Below, piece by piece: positions 58,604 through 64,000 of a DNA stretch of 64,000 nucleotides. The translations under genes and the position numbers were made by a program. The notes beneath the pieces were generated by a model. That model had not been told where the DNA came from and ran no database searches. It worked only from the letters and a program-made list of their open reading frames with translations. Location: NCBI GenBank assembly GCA_965601925.1, contig OZ271854.1:3680001-3744000 (forward strand). The letters are read 5' to 3'. This stretch comes from Alkalispirochaeta sp. GTDB lineage: Bacteria; Spirochaetota; Spirochaetia; DSM-27196; Alkalispirochaetaceae. The number at the start of each line of letters is the position of its first letter. The first letter of the stretch is position 1.

Positions 58604-58718
58604 AACATAACGCTGGACCAGTCAATCTGCTTTGTCACGACTTCTGCGTACGCAAAAGTCGCGCCAATCCCTCCGCTGCGCTCCGGGCCGCATCTTGCAG
58701 GTCAGCTCGGTGTTAGAC
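58604..58718 (+). repeat. attC site 2 (R'' box interrupted by IS1182; original GCATAAC at 56935-56941)
   Basis: Close paralogue of attC1, ending GGTCAGCTCGGT-GTTAGAC. Confidence 0.88.
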
Positions 58719-58776
58719 ATACATACCCAAAGCTAAGGCCTCAACACGAGGCTATGATGAATGGATCGGAGTGTAA

Positions 58777-59390
58777 TCATCCCACCTTTAGAGCAGGCGA
58801 TTTCTTAGCCCTTTGCCTGAGGTGAGCTGCACGGTAGTCCAGCGGAGTTTGCCTACCGAGCGCTCGATGGGGACGCTCCCCATTGTACTGAGAGATCCAC
58901 CGCTGAGTCAGGGTTCGGACCTCATCCAACGTTGCAAACAGGTATGCATCGAGAACTTCCTCCCGATAGGTGCGGTTGAACCGCTCTACGCAGGAGTTCT
59001 GGGTAGGTTTACCGGGTTTGATGAACTCCAAACGGATGCGGTGATGTTCTGACCAGTCGGCCATTGCCACGCTGACAAACTCAGGTCCGTTGTCGACACG
59101 GATCTGCCGCGGACAACCGTGTCGTGCTACCAAGCGGTCGAGAACACGAACCACGCGCGGCGCCGGGAGACCGAAATCGACCGCGATGGCCAGCGCTTCC
59201 CGATTGAAGTCGTCGATTACATTCAGCGTTCGGAATCGCCTGCCGTCGGACAGCACATCGCTCATGAAGTCCATTGACCATGACCGATTCGGTGCTGCGG
59301 GAGCCGCCAGAGGCTGTGGATACCGAGACGGCAGTCGCTTCTTACCCTTGCGGCGCAGGTTGAGGTTCAACTGCGTATAGATGCGATGAA
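58777..59390 (-). pseudogene. IS3 orfB C-terminal part (DDE domain)
   Basis: WSMDF, DNGPEF, PGKPTQN..VERFN, YNGERPH. Confidence 0.85.
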
Positions 59391-60402
59391 GGTACATTCC
59401 AGGGACATCGTTTACAAAACTCTAAGGACATCCTTTACACTCGCACCGGCCTACAGTGGACTCCGGAGGAGTCTATGCCATGGAGGCAGATGTCAGTAAT
59501 GGAACAAAAAGAGGAGTTTATCCTGCTGTTCAAGAGCGGGAAGTACACGGTGAGTACCCTGGCACAGATGTTCGAAATCTCACGTCCCACCGCCTATAAG
59601 TACATCCATCGGTATCAGGATTTCGGCGTACCGGGGCTGCTGGAGTTGGGACGAGCACCCCACCGGGTGCCGAATAAAACGCCTGATCGGATCGAACAGG
59701 AGATCATTAGACTGAGAACCCGTCACCCCCGCTGGGGCGCACCGAAACTCCGGGTCCTCCTGGAAGACCGCTTCCCCGGTATCGCGCTCCCAGGTGTCTC
59801 GACCATTAGTGCCATTCTGAAACGGAACGGTATGGTCGCGGAACGGAAGCGGCGCAAGCGAGTAGAACCACGGTGTCCTATCTTCGATCCTCTGGTGCCG
59901 AATGAAGTATGGAGCGCCGATTTCAAGGGGAAGTTCAGGATGGGCAACAAGATATACTGCTATCCGTTGACCATCGCAGACTCCTGTAGTCGCTATGTCT
60001 TTGCTGCCAAAGGCATGCATGCAGCCACGACCAAGAACACCAAGAGTGTATTCATCGATGTGTTCAGGAAATACGGGGTACCGCTTCAGATTCATACCGA
60101 TAACGGCGCCCCGTTTGCCCATATGAATGCCCTCGGTCGCCTGTCTAAGCTTGCAACATGGTTCATGGAACTCGGTATCAAACCGGTCTACTCCGATCCC
60201 TCCCACCCCGAACAGAATGGCCGGCATGAACGGATGCACCGGGAGTTGAAGGCCGAAGCGACGAAACCACCGGGGTATTCGCTCCAGCCCCAGCAGTGCA
60301 AACTCAATCGCTTCGTGAAGGAATACAATGAACTCAGGCCCCATGCCGCGTTGGATATGAGAACACCGACATCGGTCCACCAACGATCAGATCGACCGTA
60401 TC
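59391..60402 (+). mobile_element. Truncated IS481-family element (transposase from 59475)
   Basis: MPWRQMSVMEQKEEF, WSADFKG, TDNGAPF, HPEQNGRHERMH; repeated GGACATC.TTTACA at the left end; right end missing. Confidence 0.85.
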
Positions 60403-60717
60403 CCGAGACGGCAGTCGCTTCTTACCCTTGCGGCGCAGGTTGAGGTTCAACTGCGTATAGATGCGATGAACCCGCTTGTGATTCCACCGGTAGCCATCTC
60501 GACGCAGCGAATCAAACATCAGGCGAAATCCCCAGCGAGGATGCTCTTCGGCCAGCCTCTGTAGCGCTTCGATTACCGGACGGTCCTTCTGAGTGTCCGG
60601 CTGGTAGGCATAGCTGGTACGACTCACATCGACGATACGACATCCTCGAAGGATGCTCGCTTGGCATTCGTCTCTGAGGTAGTCCACCAACGTGCGCTTC
60701 TCGGCCGGCCTTAGAGC
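60403..60717 (-). pseudogene. IS3 orfB N-terminal part
   Basis: HPRWGFR...WNHKRVHRIY. Confidence 0.8.
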
Positions 60718-60977
60718 TTTTTTTCAACGATGTCCTTCAACAGCTCGTAATCCAGACTCAGCTCGGCATACATGTGCTTCAGGCGACGATTCTCGTCTTC
60801 GAGTTCTTTCAGGCGCTTTACCTGGCTAACTTCCATCCCACCGTATTTCGATCGCCAATTGTAGAACGTGGCATCACTCATACCGTGTTCGCGACAAGCG
60901 TCTTTGACCGACTTCCCGGCTTCGACTTCCCTCAGAATCCTGATGATCTGCGTTTCGCTAAACCGCGATTTCCGCAT
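60711..60977 (-). CDS. IS3 orfA with A-AAA-AAG -1 frameshift site
   Basis: MRKSRFSETQII...ATFYNWRSKYGG...LEDENRRLK; heptamer at 60717-60723. Confidence 0.9.
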   Translation of the reverse strand: MRKSRFSETQIIRILREVEAGKSVKDACREHGMSDATFYNWRSKYGGMEVSQVKRLKELEDENRRLKHMYAELSLDYELLKDIVEKKL

Positions 60978-61326
60978 GCTGCATACTCCTTGTCCGCCCG
61001 TATTGTATCGGCCTGGACTAAGTTATGCGCTGCACTGTTTACGGGGATGATTACAGTCCCTTCGTGCGAGAGGCATACAATCCGTATCGTCGGATAAGCT
61101 GAAGTCCCTAGGACCAGTTGTACACCACGAGACGAAACTGAGCGTTACTTCTTGGGGTCGAGAGCCCACGTATTACCGTGAGGCTTGCGGAATCTACCGC
61201 CGCCATACGGCGCAAGGGAGTTCCGAGAAACCGCCTGATGGCGGCGACGCGTCCGGGTCGGCCTATCTGTTCCATCGCACCGATGTTAACGGCTGAGACA
61301 GCGGCACCAAACTCACCGCGTCCTGG

Positions 61327-61857
61327 TCAAGGTCGCAAGAACGCCGCCATCGCATCCTTGAACTGAGTCGCCGCCTCATCCGAGGAAAACACGCTCGTTG
61401 GGATCACGATCGCCATGATCGAGCTGATGTAGTAGTAGAGGTAGCGATCGGTCTGCACCATCCGCGTCGTGAATCCCGGCGCGTACTCCGTCGTTCCGTG
61501 GTCGGTTGTGACAGTCACGGTGTTACCGGTGACGGTAACGACTTGGCGGCCGGTCATGCCCGCGTTCGAGTCTTCGCTCAGTAACTTTGTCACCTGTTTT
61601 CGGAGCGTTGCGTAGTAGACGCCGTTGTAGATCGCAGCGCATACGAAGCCGCCGGCGGTGAAGGCGATCCCAAGCGTGAGGTTCCAGCGTGCCGTCGCGA
61701 CCACAAACAGGACCGCTCCAATGGCAACAAATAACGCGAACACCGCCCACCTCGCGATCGTTCGCGTGCGTCTGGAGGCCTTCGAGTGGCGATGATGGTA
61801 GAGGTTGAAGTTTACGATGTCTTCGTCTTCAAGGACGTATTCAATCGTCGTGCTCAT
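61327..61857 (-). CDS. YcxB-family membrane protein
   Basis: Two TM segments, C-terminal YLYYY....AIVIP..VF. Confidence 0.75.
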   Translation of the reverse strand: MSTTIEYVLEDEDIVNFNLYHHRHSKASRRTRTIARWAVFALFVAIGAVLFVVATARWNLTLGIAFTAGGFVCAAIYNGVYYATLRKQVTKLLSEDSNAGMTGRQVVTVTGNTVTVTTDHGTTEYAPGFTTRMVQTDRYLYYYISSIMAIVIPTSVFSSDEAATQFKDAMAAFLRP

Positions 61858-61889
61858 CGTGGTTGCACTCGAAAAGGCTGGACAAACGA

Positions 61890-61938
61890 TGGGCGATACT
61901 GGATTTGAACCAGTGACTTCTACCGTGTGAAGGTAGCA
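61890..61938 (-). pseudogene. 3' portion of tRNA-Val(CAC); probable att site of an island extending rightwards
   Basis: Minus strand CTACC-TTCACAC-GGTAG, ACTGG-TTCAAAT-CCAGT, ATCGCCCA; D arm and 5' acceptor strand absent. Confidence 0.8.
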
Positions 61939-62310
61939 GTCAGGAAAACGCCTGCGTATCTCCAGCGATCAATAACGATCATAAGTATATACCATACAGT
62001 GAGTTGTAGCAATCATGAGCGATCAGTTTGTATCAGCATGTATCAGGCCATATTCAAAAAACAGGTCACAAATTGGGTCACAGTTTTTTGGGGGTGGGGA
62101 GGGACGTTGTCTGCCGATCCGATACAGCCTTTGCCCGGCGCCATGAACGCCGTTGTTCTGTTAGCTCGACTGTAGGTCCAACCAACATCAATGTCGCTTG
62201 CCTGCTCATTCGCGTCTGCCTCGAGGACATTGCCATAGACTCTCAGTAAAGAACATAACATAATTAGTAATGTTACAATCAGCTTTTTAACCAAAAACCC
62301 AAAAAAAAGA

Positions 62311-62339
62311 TTGCAAGATGGGTTAATAATGAATATGAT
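62311..62339 (+). promoter_or_regulatory. Sigma70-type promoter of the RiPP operon
   Basis: TTGCAA-17bp-TATGAT with an upstream A-tract. Confidence 0.65.
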
Positions 62340-62370
62340 GTAACTAAATCATATTGTGAGGAGGCTAGAG

Positions 62371-62583
62371 ATGAGTAAAGCTAATATCTCTATTCATACG
62401 ATCAAAAACCCCTTGATCGGATCGCAATCAGTGGCTTACGAGGCACCAAAGCTCGCGAGGCTCGACCTCGCCAAGTTTTGCACTGTACTCACGGCATGTG
62501 GTTCCGGACTTCTGACCAACAGGGAGGTCGGGGGTAACTCATGTGACCGCGGAGGGAGCTCCACGGATTCGATCCGTCCGTAG
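62371..62583 (+). CDS. RiPP precursor peptide (70 aa)
   Basis: GAGGAGG RBS; YEAPKL (YxxPxL) leader motif; three Cys and a Gly/Ser/Thr-rich core. Confidence 0.7.
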   Translation: MSKANISIHTIKNPLIGSQSVAYEAPKLARLDLAKFCTVLTACGSGLLTNREVGGNSCDRGGSSTDSIRP

Positions 62584-62590
62584 TCTGCTC

Positions 62591-62626
62591 AGATGGGTGG
62601 GCTTCAAACGCCTGCCCATCTTTGTT
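62591..62626 (+). terminator. Hairpin between the precursor and maturase genes
   Basis: AGATGGGTGGGC-ttcaaac-GCCTGCCCATCT followed by TTGTT. Confidence 0.65.
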
Positions 62627-62651
62627 CGTCTCTTTACCCCGAGGTAAAACA

Positions 62652-62945
62652 ATGCGATACGAGTTTAACTCCCGAGATTACATTGTTCGGCAACTGCTGA
62701 ACGAACAGGTGATCGTGCCTTTAAGTGGCGAGCTTTTAGAGATGGATCAGATGTTGGTCCTCAACGCGACTGCCGCTGCTGTTATCTCGGCTACACAGTC
62801 TGAAACGGAGATTTGCACCTTTGAGCGCATTGTCGAACTGCTGCGCAACGTGCACGAGAACGTCGACAAGAGGCAAGTGCAAAGTGATGCCAAAAAGTTC
62901 ATAGATGAGTGCGTAGCTAATGGAATCATCCTTGAACACACCTGA
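62652..62945 (+). CDS. PqqD-family RiPP recognition element
   Basis: YIVRQLLNEQVIVP...LNATA...DAKKFIDE...GII. Confidence 0.85.
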   Translation: MRYEFNSRDYIVRQLLNEQVIVPLSGELLEMDQMLVLNATAAAVISATQSETEICTFERIVELLRNVHENVDKRQVQSDAKKFIDECVANGIILEHT

Positions 62946-64000
62946 CGTCGCGGTAGAGACGGCTGGCGAAGTCGACTCCGACTTCATACGGTTTGTGATA
63001 CGTAACATTGAGGGACGGCAAAGTACGCTTCATTTGTTGGTAGAGATCACGCGCCGTTGCAACTTTCACTGTCTTCACTGCAACGTCGTTCAGCGCCCTG
63101 AAACCGTCACGCTCCCGGAGGCGTCAAAGGATAAGCTTCTATCTCAGATCAGCCGGTATGAGGATCAGGCAGTATTTTTGACTTTGACCGGCGGCGAACC
63201 GCTGATACGCGCGGATTTCAACGAGATCTGGGGCTCCTTGTGGGATCGCAAGCGTTTTGTGATGGGTTTGTCGACAAACTTGTCCGCTTTGGATACTTCC
63301 GCGTTGGAGTTGCTCGAGGCTAAGCCACCTCATACCATCGACGTGACATTGTACTCGTGGTCAAACAAGGTTTTTGAACAAATTTCGGGAAACGATCGGT
63401 ACGACTACCGCACAGTGTATCGAAACATCGACCGAGTCCGCGCGAGGGTCCGTACCAACGTTCGCGCTCGGATCCCAATCATGAAGCAGAACATTCACGA
63501 GGTCCGCACGATCAAGCAGTACTGCATGGAGCACAGGATCCCGTTCTCGTTTCTCTGGGTTTACTATCCGCCAAACTCAACCATGCCGCTTAAACACTTT
63601 CTACCGCCCAAACGACAGATGTTGCGAATGGTTAGTGAGTTAGTGTACGGCAAAATGAAAATTACCGACGCAGTCGATACGGAACTCAAGGCAATCGCAG
63701 CCACGGATCTGCGGCAACACTCGTGTGCCAAGAATCATCAAGTTTGCATCAACCCGGCTGCGGCCTCTTATCGATGTATGCTTTCGCCGGATGGACTAAC
63801 GCCTAGGACGGAAAGCCATCAATCGCGTCGGCGCGCCAAGGGCGGGACCGGAAGGCGGTGGGGCGACACAACGCGATGTCGAAGTTGCGCGGCCAGGGTC
63901 TTATGCTCGCTTTGCGACATCAAGTTTCGTGCGCTTCCCAGTAGCACGCTGCGTTACTATTGTTGGATATTTAAGCGTTTGTACAGCGCAAACCGGTCCC
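62920..64000 (+). CDS. Radical SAM protein with SPASM-like C-terminus (runs off the window)
   Basis: EITRRCNFHCLHC, LTGGEPL, STN, C-terminal CRSC.....CSLC...C; absent from the ORF track because it has no stop in the window. Confidence 0.88.
   Translation, partial: MESSLNTPDVAVETAGEVDSDFIRFVIRNIEGRQSTLHLLVEITRRCNFHCLHCNVVQRPETVTLPEASKDKLLSQISRYEDQAVFLTLTGGEPLIRADFNEIWGSLWDRKRFVMGLSTNLSALDTSALELLEAKPPHTIDVTLYSWSNKVFEQISGNDRYDYRTVYRNIDRVRARVRTNVRARIPIMKQNIHEVRTIKQYCMEHRIPFSFLWVYYPPNSTMPLKHFLPPKRQMLRMVSELVYGKMKITDAVDTELKAIAATDLRQHSCAKNHQVCINPAAASYRCMLSPDGLTPRTESHQSRRRAKGGTGRRWGDTTRCRSCAARVLCSLCDIKFRALPSSTLRYYCWIFKRLYSANRS

Larger units (their letters stand above)
53406..58771 (+). mobile_element. 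Integron gene-cassette array without integrase in the window (CALIN)
   Basis: Two related attC sites with matching cassette-start/R'' pairs: GTTATCT/AGATAAC and GTTATGC/GCATAAC. Confidence 0.85.
58772..61055 (-). mobile_element. IS3-family element, interrupted or chimeric
   Basis: Terminal IRs TGTAATCATCCC / GGGATGATTACA; orfA plus a split orfB. Confidence 0.85.

Noticed and set aside
61890..61938. Functional tRNA-Val gene
   Set aside because: The D arm and 5' acceptor strand are absent
62371..62583. Lasso peptide precursor
   Set aside because: YxxPxL and a T(-2) are present, but the first acidic residue falls at core position 10, and the adjacent enzyme is a radical SAM rather than a lasso cyclase or peptidase; genes beyond the window are unknown

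Overview
High-GC spirochaete chromosome window (lineage inferred from a FlaB-type flagellin starting [10 protein letters not shown] and spirochaete-like gene order). Bases 1-15.5 kb are housekeeping genes: khpA end, rimM, trmD, rplS, FlhB-like, HD-GYP, YraN, coaD, rpmF, acpP, rnc, CCA-adding enzyme, flaB, thiN, map and tRNA-Thr(TGT). Bases 15546-52514 are an apparently complete ~37 kb HK97-like siphovirus prophage integrated at the 3' end of tRNA-Thr, with a 16-bp att duplication. It carries a C5-methyltransferase locus coded in two frames, a 139-nt tRNA-shaped RNA with an oversized middle domain, an iteron origin, a giant tail protein with a recently amplified 7-repeat beta-propeller, and a nested lysis gene pair. 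Bases 53.4-58.8 kb are an integron cassette array with no integrase in the window: an MNT-HEPN toxin-antitoxin cassette and an RloC-like anticodon-nuclease cassette, with an IS1182-family element inserted in an attC core. A chimeric IS3/IS481 element truncates the array. The right end holds a 3'-half tRNA-Val remnant (likely the att site of another island) and a RiPP cluster (Cys-containing precursor, PqqD/RRE, radical SAM-SPASM) that runs off the window. All calls come from reading the sequence by eye; no database searches were run.
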